Assembly (NCBI GenBank): GCA_041483895.1
Contig: JBGPGO010000026.1
Span: forward strand, 1-36,346
Length of the DNA stretch: 36,346 bases
Reading direction: 5' to 3'
Source: Fimbriimonadia bacterium
GTDB lineage: Bacteria > Armatimonadota > Fimbriimonadia > Fimbriimonadales > JABRVX01
The number at the start of each line of letters is the position of its first letter. Positions within the stretch are counted from its first letter, which is position 1. The position numbers and the translations under genes are program-made. The notes beneath the pieces were generated by a model. It was not told the DNA's origin. It was given only the letters and a program-made list of their open reading frames with translations, and ran no database searches. Below, one piece after another: positions 18,157-27,846 of this stretch.

Positions 18157-18315
18157 TTGGTCGCCGGGAAGGGCGAGATCCAGAGTTGCAGCAGGGAAAC
18201 CTCCAGGCTCTGGGCGTCCGAACGAGGGCAATAGAGTTCGAAACCATTCGAACCTCCCCTCTACCAAGACGGTAAGGCGTCATCGCCAAGGACACTCGCC
18301 CCGAACGGCGACCAA
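18157..18315. ncRNA. Candidate structured ncRNA (family unassigned; 6S-like size)
   Basis: Ends pair: ttggtcgccg/cggcgaccaa, then gggcgag/ctcgccc. Internal hairpins ccagag/ctctgg, gaggg/ccctc with gttcgaa/ttcgaac, and ggcg/cgcc. Confidence 0.5.
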
Positions 18316-18416
18316 TTCAATTTCCCCCCAGCCGAACTGAACTATCCCCAGCCCCATTCGTCTAACCGGCCAGGTAAGGCCGCATCCCGGCCGTTATTGA
18401 CAAAGGAGCTGTCTCA

Positions 18417-18884
18417 ATGAAGCGATTTGCTATTGGCGCGTCAGTCGCCGCACTATTGGCCGTTACAGCCTATGCAATGGCAGGCGTAGCCTCTGGCCAG
18501 GGCGCCTTCAAGGCTTCCACCGCATCGGTCGCCCAATTCCGATTTACGGCAGCGAGCGCCGATACAGCGAAGGGCGGCGCCCGTGGAACTTTCTCCCTGG
18601 TAGAGCGCTCCCCACGTTCGGCCGACCCAATCCACAAGCTGAATGTGAAAGTTCAGCGCTTCGATGCTTCCGGGCACTCGGCGACCTTCGGCGGTCCTGG
18701 TATTTTTGATGGCAAAGAAGTATCCGTTGTCGTGGCCGTCGTTGACGGCGGGCGCCAAACAGACCGGAACGCGATCGTCCGAGATTCGATCAAAGTTGCC
18801 GTCATGGCCGGCGATCACACGGTTTACTCGGCTGGCGGCGCTGTTGCTCGCGGAGACATCATAGTACGCACCGGCGGCAGATAA
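18417..18884 (+). CDS. Secreted hypothetical beta-rich protein (paralog 1)
   Basis: aaggag SD, signal peptide, ends GAVARGDIIVR. Confidence 0.8.
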   Translation: MKRFAIGASVAALLAVTAYAMAGVASGQGAFKASTASVAQFRFTAASADTAKGGARGTFSLVERSPRSADPIHKLNVKVQRFDASGHSATFGGPGIFDGKEVSVVVAVVDGGRQTDRNAIVRDSIKVAVMAGDHTVYSAGGAVARGDIIVRTGGR

Positions 18885-18996
18885 CTCCCGCTTATTTTTT
18901 GAGGGCCGAACCAACCGGCGCGGCCTTCTTGCATTTTTGGAACCTGCCGGGGTTTTTGCTTGTATAATGCTATTGAATGTGGAGGAAGGAGCGCGT

Positions 18997-19458
18997 ATGA
19001 AACGATTTTGGATTGCTTCGCTAGGCATCATTGCCTTTGCGGCGATGGCCCTTGCGGCAGGCGAGGGGGCGGCAATTGGATTTGGCATTTACCATTCGTC
19101 CAATACCAGTTCGACGATATTCAATTTTCGGGCAAAGTACGGCAATGGTGAGGTCGCCGGGATGTTGAGTTTGGTCGATATTTCAGGCGATCCAAGGATG
19201 CCGACCGTGCATTTTCTCCGGATGAAAGTGGAGAAGTTTGCCTGCGACGCCAACCACGCTCAGTTTGCCGGACACGCCGGTTTTGACGGCAAAGCTGCTG
19301 TTGCGCTCGTTGACGTTTGGGACAACCGGAAACCAGCTGAAAATGACGGCAAACCCGACGCTTTCCAGGCTATCGTATTCAATTCCACCGGCAATGCGGT
19401 ATGGAAGACCGCCGGAGAGGTCAAGCGCGGCGACATCGCGGTTCGTTGCGCAAAATAA
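18997..19458 (+). CDS. Secreted hypothetical beta-rich protein (paralog 2)
   Basis: aaggag SD, signal peptide MKRF. Shares F.F.A, H.L..KV..F, F.G...FDGK and RGDI.VR with paralog 1. Confidence 0.8.
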   Translation: MKRFWIASLGIIAFAAMALAAGEGAAIGFGIYHSSNTSSTIFNFRAKYGNGEVAGMLSLVDISGDPRMPTVHFLRMKVEKFACDANHAQFAGHAGFDGKAAVALVDVWDNRKPAENDGKPDAFQAIVFNSTGNAVWKTAGEVKRGDIAVRCAK

Positions 19459-19470
19459 TCGAGATTGATG

Positions 19471-19499
19471 AGGCCCTGGCGACTAGCCGGGGCCTTTCT
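19471..19499 (+). terminator. Intrinsic terminator between convergent genes
   Basis: 10-bp stem aggccctggc/gccggggcct followed by a T-rich tail. Confidence 0.65.
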
Positions 19500-19950
19500 A
19501 CTTTATGGATACCAGCTGCTCGATGTGATACAGGTCGTGGCCGAGGAACAGATTGGCCATATCATAAATCGTCTGCACTCCCCGCTCCGGATGGTTGACC
19601 GATTTCGACCAATCAAACGCGGTTAGCTCCCGCAGGAATTGGGACGTCTCTTTTCTGGCCTCGGCAAACTTTCGCATCTGTTCCGCCGGCTCGGACGCCG
19701 CGTACCCATGATCGATTGCCATCTGCCCTTCGTCGATCGCTTGGATTGCCGCTCCTCCCGGCGTGTTGTAGGCGGTGCGGATTCGGCCCAACAATATCGG
19801 TTCCCAGTCCGCCATGTGGGCGAATACTTCACGCGGCGTGAACCGATTCGCGTCCGGCCTCGCGTCCATCAATTCCGGTGGAAACTCGTCCAGGATCGAT
19901 TGGAAAACCTTCGGGCTGAGCTCAACGACGGGAAGTAGGTAAGGGTGCAT
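19498..19950 (-). CDS. DinB/YfiT-family protein
   Basis: Motifs T.REV.AHMADWE and GHDLYHIEQL. TATACT lies 7 nt upstream of ATG 19950. Confidence 0.88.
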   Translation of the reverse strand: MHPYLLPVVELSPKVFQSILDEFPPELMDARPDANRFTPREVFAHMADWEPILLGRIRTAYNTPGGAAIQAIDEGQMAIDHGYAASEPAEQMRKFAEARKETSQFLRELTAFDWSKSVNHPERGVQTIYDMANLFLGHDLYHIEQLVSIK

Positions 19951-19972
19951 GGGTCGGAGTATATCCAACGCA

Positions 19973-20324
19973 ACTCCCTCCCCCGCTTGCGGGGGAGGGC
20001 TGGGGTGGGGGTGCTTCCCGATGTGCCAGGATCCTCGCCTGCCGATACCCTCCCAATCGCCTTAACTCCCTCCCCCGCTTGCGGGGGAGGGCTGGGGTGG
20101 GGGTTCTTCCCGTTGTGCCAGGGTCCTCGCCTGCAGACACCCTCCCAACCACCAACTCCAAAGACCCGGCACAGTCGCAACCCCCGATGTGCCAGGGTCC
20201 TCGCCTGCCGACACCCGCCCAACCACCAACCCCAAAGACCCGCCACCGATACAACCCCCGTTGTGCCAGGGTCCTCGCCTGCCGACACCCTCGCAACCAC
20301 CAACTCCAAAGACCCGGCACATCG
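19973..20324. repeat. Composite repeat array: two family A REPs plus four family B units
   Basis: cccg(a/t)tgtgccagg(g/a)tcctcgcctgc at 20017, 20109, 20183 and 20257 (periods 92, 74, 74). REPs at 19976 and 20068. Confidence 0.9.
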
Positions 20325-20368
20325 GATCGCGGGAGGGTTGGACCAGGGCCCTGGCGAATTCGGCGGAA

Positions 20369-21070
20369 ATGCGCGGCACCTACCTCAACACGGCCACCGT
20401 CCTGACCGGCTCCCTCCTCGGCCTCGCCTTCAAGCACTATCTTCCTCCCCAATACAACGAGATCACGATCGACATGATCGCCGTCGCCACGGGCGCCATG
20501 GGCATTCGGATGTTCCTCAAAACCGCAAACCCCGTCGTCCCCATCCTCTCCGCGCTCATCGGCATCCTCATCGGCCACGCCATTGGCATTGAGGTGGGCA
20601 TCCAGCGCCTCGGCGATTGGTTCCAAAACGTGTTTGCCCCCAAGGATAGCGGTTCGTTCGCCACCGGCTGCGTCACCGCAAGCATCCTGTTCTGTGTCGG
20701 GCCGATGACGGTGCTCGGCTGCCTGGAGGACGGGCTCCAGGGCAAGTCGCCGCTCCTGTGGGTGAAAAGCGTGTTCGACGGCATCTCGGCCCTGTTCCTC
20801 GCCGCGGCCTTTGGCGCCGGGGTCGTGCTCTCCGCCGCCGTTGTCTTGGTTCTGCAGGGCGGGCTGACACTTGCCGCCCGGCCCCTCAGCAAGGCGACCC
20901 AGAAAGAAGGCCGCGTGGAAGAGCTGACCGCCTGCGGCGGCCTGATCCTCGCCGCCATGGGCCTTCGCATCCTGCAGCTCAAACAGATCCCCGTCGGCGA
21001 CATCCTCCCCGGCCTCGTCCTGGCCCCTTTTATCGTCACCGTCTTGGCCAAAAAAGGCTGGTATCCATGA
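20369..21070 (+). CDS. DUF554-family membrane protein
   Basis: Motifs MRGT.LN..TVL.GSLLG, F.TG.VTASILFCVGPM..LG, KS.FDG. Confidence 0.9.
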   Translation: MRGTYLNTATVLTGSLLGLAFKHYLPPQYNEITIDMIAVATGAMGIRMFLKTANPVVPILSALIGILIGHAIGIEVGIQRLGDWFQNVFAPKDSGSFATGCVTASILFCVGPMTVLGCLEDGLQGKSPLLWVKSVFDGISALFLAAAFGAGVVLSAAVVLVLQGGLTLAARPLSKATQKEGRVEELTACGGLILAAMGLRILQLKQIPVGDILPGLVLAPFIVTVLAKKGWYP

Positions 21071-21164
21071 CGCGCACGCGAACAACAGATTTCATTGACG
21101 ATGCGATCGTCAATGAAAAGGAAACCTAGCGCGGGCAATCTTCGTATATTTCGGTAGCAATTCA

Positions 21165-21194
21165 CTTGATAACATTACACTCAAGTAGTATAAT
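21165..21194 (+). promoter_or_regulatory. clpB sigma70 promoter overlapped by a HAIR (HspR operator)
   Basis: CTTGATA-N7-ACTCAAG (consensus CTTGAGT-N7-ACTCAAG), and TTGATA-17-TATAAT. Confidence 0.78.
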
Positions 21195-21221
21195 CAGACA
21201 TCGAAGCAGGAGAACAGAACA

Positions 21222-23870
21222 ATGAGGTTCGACAAACTCACCCTAAAAGCCCAGGAAGCCATCCAGGATGCCCAGCAAATCGCCGAGGGCCGAAACAGCC
21301 CCTACATCGAGGTGGGCCACGTCCTCGCCGCCCTATTGGACCAGCCCGACGGCGTCGCCTCCCCCATCCTGGAGAAGGTCGGCGTACTGCAAACCACCCT
21401 CCGCAAACAGGTGGAGGCTGAGCTGGAAAGCGAAGTCAAAGTGCACGGCGCGGAATCCGGCGGCCAGGTGGGCGATGGCATGCGGAAAGTGATCGAGCTG
21501 GCCTTCGAGGAGGCCGACCGGCTGGGCGATCAATACGTCGGCGCGGAACTGCTCCTGCTCGGCATCGTCACGGAAACCAAAACCCCCTACGGCAGACTGC
21601 TACGCGCGAACGGCGCGACAAAAGAATCCATCCTCGAAGCCATCAAACAAATAAGAGGCGGGCAGAGCGTGACCGACCAGAACCCGGAAGAAAAGTACCA
21701 GGCGTTGGAAAAGTACGGCCGCGATCTGACGGACGAAGCGCGCAGAGGCAAATTGGATCCGGTCATCGGCCGCGACGACGAGATTCGCCGCGTCGTCCAA
21801 GTCCTATCGCGCCGCACCAAAAACAACCCGGTGCTGATCGGCGAGCCGGGCGTCGGCAAAACCGCCATTGTGGAAGGCTTGGCGCAGCGAATCGTGGCCG
21901 GCGACATACCGGAAACGCTAAAGGACAAGACCGTGATCGCGCTCGACATCGGCGCTTTGATCGCGGGCGCGAAGTTTCGGGGCGAATTTGAGGATCGCCT
22001 GAAGGCCGTGCTCAACGAAATCAAACAGGCCGCCGGCCAAATCATTCTGTTCATAGACGAAATGCACACCCTGGTCGGCGCGGGCCGGGCGGAAGGAAGC
22101 ATGGATGCCGCCAACCTGCTCAAACCGATGCTCGCGCGCGGCGAACTCCGGTGCGTCGGCGCGACCACCCTCGACGAATATCGCAAGCATGTGGAAAAAG
22201 ACGCCGCGCTCGAACGCCGCTTCCAACCCATCATGGTGGGCGAGCCAACGATAGAAGACACTATTGCCATCCTGCGCGGCCTCAAAGAGCGATACGAAGT
22301 GCATCACGGCGTGCGCATCACCAACAGCGCCATCGTCGCCGCCGCCACCCTGTCCGAGCGATACATCACCGACCGATTTCTGCCCGACAAGGCCATAGAC
22401 CTGATGGACGAAGCCGCCAGCCGCCTGCGCATGGAGATCGATTCCATGCCGGTGGAGATAGACGAATTGGTGCGCAAAATCAGAACGCTGGAAATCGAAA
22501 GAGAAGCGCTGAAAAAAGAAGAAGACGCGGCGAGCAAAGAGCGCCTCGCAACGATCGAAAAAGACATCGCCGAGCTGCGGGAACAGCAGTCAACCCTATC
22601 CGCACACTGGCAAAATGAAAAAGAATCGATCACCAAAATCCGCGCCACAAAAACCGCAATCGAAGAAGCCAAAGCGGAAGAGCAGACCGCCGAGCGCGAA
22701 GGCGACTACACCCGCGCGGCTGAGCTAAGATACGGCCGCCTCCTCCAGCTCCAAAACCAGTTGGAAACAGAACAAATAAGACTGCAAGAATTGCAAAAAG
22801 ATCTGCGCATGCTGAAAGAGGAAGTGGACGAGGACGACATCGCCGAGGTGGTGGCGAAGTGGACCGGCATCCCCGTCACGCGCCTCATCGAATCGGAAAT
22901 CCAAAAGCTGCTGCGCATGGAGGACCGATTGCAGGAGCGCGTGGTCGGCCAGGACGAGGCGGTGCGGTTGGTGTCGGACGCCATCCGTCGCGGGCGCAGC
23001 GGGCTGTCTGACCCGGACCGCCCCATCGGTTCCTTCCTATTCCTCGGCCCCACCGGCGTCGGCAAAACCGAGCTGGCCAAGGCGCTGGCGCAGTTCCTGT
23101 TCGACGACGAGCGCAGCATCGTGCGCATAGACATGTCGGAGTATCAGGAAAAGCACACGGTCTCGCGATTGGTGGGCGCGCCGCCCGGATATGTGGGATA
23201 TGAGGAGGGTGGACAACTGACAGAGTCGGTGCGCCGCAAACCACATAGTGTGATACTGCTAGACGAGATCGAAAAGGCGCATCCGGAAGTGTTTAATGTG
23301 CTACTGCAAGTGTTGGATGATGGCAGGCTGACGGACGGGCAAGGGCGCACGGTGGATTTCAAAAACACACTGCTAATCATGACAAGCAATGTCGGATCGC
23401 AGTTCTTTGGCGACCTTCACTCGCCCCTAGGTCCAGAATCCTCCCCCCTCGAAGAAGGGGGACAAAGAGGGGTCTCCAAGGAGGTCCGCGCACAAGTCAT
23501 GGACGTCCTCCGATCAACTTTCCGTCCGGAATTCCTCAACCGCGTTGACGAAATCGTCATCTTCAACTCTCTCGGTTTCGAGCAGATCAAAAAGATCGTG
23601 GACCTGCAACTCGACTTCGTCCGACGGCGCTTATCCGAACGCCAAATCTCTCTGATGGTCACCGACGCGGCGAAGTCGGAGCTGGCCGCGGTGGGCTACG
23701 ATCCCACCTACGGCGCGCGCCCCCTCCGCCGCGCGATCGAGCGCCAAATCCTAAATCCACTGGCGGAAAAACTGCTGTCCGGCGAAGTCCACGACGGCCA
23801 AACCGTCTCCGTGGACTACGCGGACGGAACCTTCACCTTCCGCCCCCTCCCCGCAGCGGAGATGGTTTAG
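21222..23870 (+). CDS. clpB: ATP-dependent chaperone ClpB
   Basis: Two AAA+ modules ([16 protein letters not shown]), long coiled-coil M domain with AAELRYG, and GARPL. 882 aa. Confidence 0.98.
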   Translation: MRFDKLTLKAQEAIQDAQQIAEGRNSPYIEVGHVLAALLDQPDGVASPILEKVGVLQTTLRKQVEAELESEVKVHGAESGGQVGDGMRKVIELAFEEADRLGDQYVGAELLLLGIVTETKTPYGRLLRANGATKESILEAIKQIRGGQSVTDQNPEEKYQALEKYGRDLTDEARRGKLDPVIGRDDEIRRVVQVLSRRTKNNPVLIGEPGVGKTAIVEGLAQRIVAGDIPETLKDKTVIALDIGALIAGAKFRGEFEDRLKAVLNEIKQAAGQIILFIDEMHTLVGAGRAEGSMDAANLLKPMLARGELRCVGATTLDEYRKHVEKDAALERRFQPIMVGEPTIEDTIAILRGLKERYEVHHGVRITNSAIVAAATLSERYITDRFLPDKAIDLMDEAASRLRMEIDSMPVEIDELVRKIRTLEIEREALKKEEDAASKERLATIEKDIAELREQQSTLSAHWQNEKESITKIRATKTAIEEAKAEEQTAEREGDYTRAAELRYGRLLQLQNQLETEQIRLQELQKDLRMLKEEVDEDDIAEVVAKWTGIPVTRLIESEIQKLLRMEDRLQERVVGQDEAVRLVSDAIRRGRSGLSDPDRPIGSFLFLGPTGVGKTELAKALAQFLFDDERSIVRIDMSEYQEKHTVSRLVGAPPGYVGYEEGGQLTESVRRKPHSVILLDEIEKAHPEVFNVLLQVLDDGRLTDGQGRTVDFKNTLLIMTSNVGSQFFGDLHSPLGPESSPLEEGGQRGVSKEVRAQVMDVLRSTFRPEFLNRVDEIVIFNSLGFEQIKKIVDLQLDFVRRRLSERQISLMVTDAAKSELAAVGYDPTYGARPLRRAIERQILNPLAEKLLSGEVHDGQTVSVDYADGTFTFRPLPAAEMV

Positions 23871-23989
23871 CTCCATGACTGAATTTGAGATTCACCGGTG
23901 CGATATGCTAGTGTTCGTAGTTGAAAATCAAAATCAATCGGACGTGGGACATGATCTCCGATCCCCGCTGTCGGGGATCGGCCCGAAAT

Positions 23990-24823
23990 CTAGAATAGTG
24001 GAGCCGTCGATTCGATACATACAAGCCAGCTATTGCGCTGGCGGAGAGCCGCGCAGCGAGCACCTGCAGTTCGTAGGCTGCCAATGTTATAATCAACCGA
24101 CACTTCGCCATGCTTTCCATCTGCAAGACCATCCAGCAAGTAGCTCAGGCTTCCCGGCGGAAGCACGAAGCCAATGCCCAGTGCCTTTCCCAAGGCGAGG
24201 GACGTAGACGACGATGTGACAACCAGCTTAGTAGGCTGAACGCTGGTCCTCGATGGCTCTCGTTGCGGCCGATCAAGCGACATGAATCTCAGGTACACTA
24301 AATTACTTCCGAAGCAATCTGTGATCGCATTTGAAGCGGCTGCCAAAGACACTGTACACTTCCGTGCAATTACGCCGGGCCAAAACAACTTATCATTGCA
24401 CCCACGATCACCAATTAACTCGTTTACAACCCATTCCGGTACAAGTAGTTTTGACGCAAACGCATTGCAAACGCGTTCATGCTTCCAGTAGTTAGACGGC
24501 ACAGGAAGCTCACCAGATTTTTTCCAAATTAAGAAGTGACACAATTCGTGCGCCAAAGAAAATCGCTCTCGACATGACAAAGGCGCGTTGAAATCCCTTC
24601 GATACAGTCGAATCTTGGGCCGATCAGAGAGAACGAACTCAGCCTCAACGATCGCCTTACTTCTGGCAACGGCTCCAGGATAACATCGATCCCGGCGAGT
24701 ATCAAGCGCACCAAATTCGACGAGGACTTCATACTGTCGTATCAAAGCATCAACCGGAACAGGGATCAATTGCGGATTGCGAATTTCGTTCATGTCGTCG
24801 ACCATTGATTCAAGAGTCGTCAT
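23990..24823 (-). CDS. ImmA/IrrE-family (DUF955/M78) metallopeptidase
   Basis: RERFSLAHELCH (HExxH), then E..CNAFASKLLVP and an HTH-like IARKCTVS..AA. ggag SD and ATG 24823 overlap the upstream stop. Confidence 0.88.
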   Translation of the reverse strand: MTTLESMVDDMNEIRNPQLIPVPVDALIRQYEVLVEFGALDTRRDRCYPGAVARSKAIVEAEFVLSDRPKIRLYRRDFNAPLSCRERFSLAHELCHFLIWKKSGELPVPSNYWKHERVCNAFASKLLVPEWVVNELIGDRGCNDKLFWPGVIARKCTVSLAAASNAITDCFGSNLVYLRFMSLDRPQREPSRTSVQPTKLVVTSSSTSLALGKALGIGFVLPPGSLSYLLDGLADGKHGEVSVDYNIGSLRTAGARCAALRQRNSWLVCIESTAPLF

Positions 24824-27269
24824 CGCTTGACTCCTGTAACCAAGCCCAGATGCTTGGCATTTCTGTTGGAAACCTATCAGCCAAGCCAGCCCCAGCGGTC
24901 CTCGCAGCACTTTGCTGCGGGTGAGGTCGAACATGGAGGCGCCCGGTGGGACCGACGAATCGGTCAAGAAATGGCTGGAGATGCGACAATCTGACGGCGA
25001 CCCTCTTGCCTTCAGCAAGCAACGCGGCGTCTCCACGTTTCGTATCGCCTGCACCTGGAGAAACGATTCCCAAAATCATAACTCTCACGTAGTCCCGTAG
25101 GGCATCTAGATAATCGTCCCGACTCGTTTGATCCAAGCGGCTGACGATTCGAGGATGGAAGTAGAATCCGATGCGCCACAATCTGCGAAAACGCCTTAGC
25201 TGCGCATCAAGGTGGCCGCCAGTCAATGCCGATTCATTCGCGTGCTCGTACGCTTCTAATTCATGAACCTCGCCCCCAACGAAAACCTGAACTTTGGCTA
25301 TCTTGTCATTCATCCTCCGCTCAGGACAATACACAGCCAAATCTCCTGGCACCAACCCGAAGTCGGTTTCTGCTAATCTCAAAGCCCGTTCACGATTCAG
25401 GGGAGGGTCAGCATTGTTGTTGCTATCAGCATAAAGATCCTGTACCTTCCGAATTGCATCTGGATTTGCTTCATCAAAGTTCACTGTCAGCAAATGCTCG
25501 TAATAATCGCGGACCAACAACCTGCGCGCAAGTTCTCGGCGAATTTGCTGCGTCTCAGCATTCTGTGCGCCTGCGCCGGCAATGGGGGCCGAGTCTGCCA
25601 GCTTAGGTAGTAATGCATCCTCTGGTGTATCAAGCATGAAATCTTCAAGATCATGGTTCCAACCGGTACGATCACTTTCCCACTCATTCTGAGCGGAGGG
25701 AGGCCTATTTACGTCCCCAAAAGCAAAGGCAAGGCATCTTTCAAGCATTGCAGTTGCCTTCAGCTTAGTTCTATGAAAAAGCACTGCTTCGCTCAAATGA
25801 TAGCGGCTTTCCAACAGATCCAGAATGCCAGATACACCATCGGTTCTTAGCCTCGGGTGGCGACCAATATTTATTACCAAAGAATCGTCGTATTGCTTCT
25901 TCGACTTTTGACCGGGGACGACTGTCGGCGAAGTTCCGTTCGCTGCCGGAAATGTGTCCGGTTTCGCTCTACCACGTATCTCCATGTATTGGAACAGGCG
26001 ATCTTCTAAGTACTTCGGTTTGCCAACGTGATACCAATCTCTGTGAAGGTAATCAAGTAAGTCAGCACAAATCGTATTACCGACAATGTCACTACACATT
26101 TGGAGCCGAATACCTGCATTAGCGCATCGCACGGAAAATTCCTTCTCGACATCTTCTTCCGAAGGATTCTGCAAGGACCGTCGACATTCGAATCCTAATC
26201 GGTTCACAGGGCTTCGTAATATGATTGACAAAGCGACTTCGAAAGCTCGCACTTTAGGGATCATTGTTCCATCCCAATTATCCTGCCCGAAAGCACCTTC
26301 AATGACTGATGCCAAGCATGGTACCCGTTGTCCGTACCATGTTCTCCTTAACATGATCTTGCGTAATCGAGCTTCTTTGTCGTGCTTATTAAGGAGATGA
26401 AGTTCGTCTTCGATCGAATGGCCGAAGGGTAAGTGGCCGATATCGTGTAGGAGAGCCGCAAGCCGAATATATCGCCGTTCTGTGGCGGTAGGTGGAGCCG
26501 CAAGGTCATACTGATCAACGTTGACACCGATCGCCGGCGCCCCAACTTGCTTCGCGATAGCCCGAACATGATTTTCTCTGATCGCCTTGATCATCCGTTC
26601 GGTGATTTCTACCGTACCAAGTACGTGCTCAAATCGTCTGTGAGTTGCTCCTCGGAAGACGGTGAATGCCAATCCCAACTGGCTGAGTTTGCCAAGTCGC
26701 TGGAATGCCGGATGGTCGATGATCATTCGTTCTTGGTCCGTGAACCAACAGAAGCCAACAACTGGAAGGAAGAACTCGTGGGTTAGCGGATCATCCTTTT
26801 CCTCGGGCGAGGAACCATCGCTGCGGTCGCCGCGATGAGATGCAAGTTCCTTCTGAATCCTGCCACTCGGTGAATCTTGAGGTGCCTGCCAAGCAGTTGG
26901 GGAACTCGACCGTGCGTTCGGTTGTTCGGCAGGTTGGGTAGGGTCGACTTCGGCGACCTCTGGGCTCCCGCTGTCGTCGTTCCCTTCTTGATTATAGGGG
27001 AGCCGAAAAGGCTCGGTCGCGCTTTGCTGGAGCGTTGTCGTGGACAATGGCAATAGATCACGGTGTCGACCAGCCTCCCAATCTTCAGCGAAGAGACGGA
27101 TTGCGCTGATCGTCTTCTTTGAAGGATTTCCCTTGCCATTAAGGTAGTCGCTGAGGGTGCTTGGCCCAATCCCAATCCCCTTCGAGATTTCCTTGAGATT
27201 TAGGCCCGTAGATTGCAGTCCGTTGACAATAATTCGAATCTGCTCCATTTGTCGCTGGTCCATGCTCAT
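24810..27269 (-). CDS. XRE-HTH fused to a SAMHD1-like HD-domain phosphohydrolase (putative dNTP triphosphohydrolase)
   Basis: N-terminal LKEISKGIGIGPSTLSDYLNGK..PS. HD motifs FQRL..LSQLG...VF.GATH.RFEH.LG, AALLHDIGHLPFGH, DLLDYLHRD, R......V.FH. Confidence 0.88.
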   Translation of the reverse strand: MSMDQRQMEQIRIIVNGLQSTGLNLKEISKGIGIGPSTLSDYLNGKGNPSKKTISAIRLFAEDWEAGRHRDLLPLSTTTLQQSATEPFRLPYNQEGNDDSGSPEVAEVDPTQPAEQPNARSSSPTAWQAPQDSPSGRIQKELASHRGDRSDGSSPEEKDDPLTHEFFLPVVGFCWFTDQERMIIDHPAFQRLGKLSQLGLAFTVFRGATHRRFEHVLGTVEITERMIKAIRENHVRAIAKQVGAPAIGVNVDQYDLAAPPTATERRYIRLAALLHDIGHLPFGHSIEDELHLLNKHDKEARLRKIMLRRTWYGQRVPCLASVIEGAFGQDNWDGTMIPKVRAFEVALSIILRSPVNRLGFECRRSLQNPSEEDVEKEFSVRCANAGIRLQMCSDIVGNTICADLLDYLHRDWYHVGKPKYLEDRLFQYMEIRGRAKPDTFPAANGTSPTVVPGQKSKKQYDDSLVINIGRHPRLRTDGVSGILDLLESRYHLSEAVLFHRTKLKATAMLERCLAFAFGDVNRPPSAQNEWESDRTGWNHDLEDFMLDTPEDALLPKLADSAPIAGAGAQNAETQQIRRELARRLLVRDYYEHLLTVNFDEANPDAIRKVQDLYADSNNNADPPLNRERALRLAETDFGLVPGDLAVYCPERRMNDKIAKVQVFVGGEVHELEAYEHANESALTGGHLDAQLRRFRRLWRIGFYFHPRIVSRLDQTSRDDYLDALRDYVRVMILGIVSPGAGDTKRGDAALLAEGKRVAVRLSHLQPFLDRFVGPTGRLHVRPHPQQSAARTAGAGLADRFPTEMPSIWAWLQESSDDDS

Positions 27270-27567
27270 GGCAATTCACGTTGTACCGCAAAGTTCCGTG
27301 ATGATGCATGGGCTTCGGAGGATTTCCAACCCCGATGCGCCGGGGTGGCCCACCAATGCGCCCCTTCTCTTCCGGTCCCCTGACCGACTCACTTGCCTGC
27401 AGACAGACCACGACGTGCTCATGCATCCCGCGTCCTCCCCGTCAGCGCCCCGGACCTCGGCACGCACCGCAGGCGGCCTGGACCCAATGCCGGTAGCTTC
27501 ACGGCGAACTAGAGCCGCCCGGGATTCGTCCTTATTTATGGTAGCCTAACCGATCGAGGAGGTAGGG

Positions 27568-27816
27568 ATGCCGTCCGCCAAAGCCGATCAAGTCAATATG
27601 AGCGCAGAGAAAGCAATCTATCACGGAACCGGGCAGGATATCCTGGCCCAGCACCCCGAGATCCTTCAACAGGAGCTGGAGGTTCGGGTCCTCGCCCCTG
27701 CGTCGCCTGCGCCAAAGCACAAGCAGATCACGTTCGGGATGTTTCCCCAGTTCGCCGGTGTAACCGACGAGGACATCAAGTCGGCCGAGTGGCACGATCC
27801 GGTCGAAGAATTCTAA
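27568..27816 (+). CDS. Small hypothetical protein, antitoxin-like
   Basis: ggagg SD; 82 aa with an acidic C-terminus FGMFP....VTDEDI..AEW. Confidence 0.6.
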   Translation: MPSAKADQVNMSAEKAIYHGTGQDILAQHPEILQQELEVRVLAPASPAPKHKQITFGMFPQFAGVTDEDIKSAEWHDPVEEF

Positions 27817-27846
27817 GTGCCTGCGGTAAATTGCCCCACATCCATT

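Noticed and set aside
18225..18260. tRNA suggested by gttcgaa
   Set aside because: No cloverleaf; gttcgaa is one arm of a simple hairpin.
17941..18267. 108-aa minus-strand ORF upstream of the SSS gene
   Set aside because: No recognisable motif or SD, and it crosses the AT-rich promoter region and the structured element.
20017..20324. CRISPR array (about 33-bp repeat with 74-bp period)
   Set aside because: The would-be spacers resemble each other and carry the second palindrome arm, the repeats are degenerate, and no cas genes are in the window.
19869..21165. Long alternative ORFs (387, 242, 215 aa) over the repeat array and DUF554
   Set aside because: These are translations of GC-rich repeats or antisense shadows. 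The same applies to the shadow ORFs over trp, wzt, clpB, metB and hom.
24824..25054. N-terminal extension of the ImmA/IrrE ORF
   Set aside because: It lies inside the HD gene. ATG 24823 has an SD and a normal short overlap.
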